A stretch of DNA of 63,570 bases, the filler included, from Asterionella formosa (taxonomy: Eukaryota): the NCBI GenBank assembly GCA_002256025.1. It is 11 parts of 11 records of this genome, joined end to end, with 100 filler letters (N's around TTAATTAATTAA, not from the genome) between each part and the next. Parts side by side here need not be neighbours in the genome. Positions count along the whole stretch, not along the records: positions 62,084 to 63,570 come from NKIB01002233.1; 10 more parts are not named here. One strand, given 5' to 3'. A model generated the notes under the pieces. That model did no database searches. It saw only the letters and a program-made list of their open reading frames with translations, and was not told the origin of the DNA. Shown here piece after piece: positions 63,471-63,570 of this stretch. A program made the translations under genes and the position numbers. Every line of letters begins with the position of its first letter. The stretch's first letter is position 1.

Positions 63471-63570
63471 AGAGAAGCTTGCACTTGTGCCTCATATAAC
63501 TCCACTGATTCATGCAGTCATACATAATGAGGATATGATTGTTATTTGGACAAACAAGCAGCTCCAGAAC

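Overview
Eukaryotic nuclear DNA, very probably from a diatom: short GT-AG introns, bipartite ASAF-type plastid presequences, CoDi-type Copia elements and a carotenoid ZDS. The window is not one locus. It is 11 unrelated contigs (two of about 24.6 kb, nine of 1487-1488 bp) joined by artificial 100-bp spacers (N44-TTAATTAATTAA-N44). Contig 1 (1-24593) is gene-rich: a PqiA-like membrane protein, an intronless 1286-aa ERO1 + soluble fumarate reductase + 2x cytochrome b5 fusion, Rab GGTase beta, a plastid CBS-NhaD antiporter, plastid FabF and a POT/NPF transporter, plus Mariner and Harbinger relics and a MITE. Contig 2 (24694-49284) is mostly transposon relics: a Plavaka-like transposase, a TSD-flanked CoDi Copia element nested in a LINE and a second Copia. 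It also has two host genes, one a secreted cytochrome b5-mucin-stalk protein. The short contigs carry fragments of Copia, QTRT2-like, trypsin-family, Aurora-like kinase, ZDS, BTB, bZIP and DDE_1 genes. The best candidate for an undescribed system is the ERO1-fumarate reductase-b5 fusion, a possible oxygen-independent ER disulfide-formation chain in one polypeptide. The second is a Copia element whose PBS position is complementary to its own LTR, suggesting self-priming.
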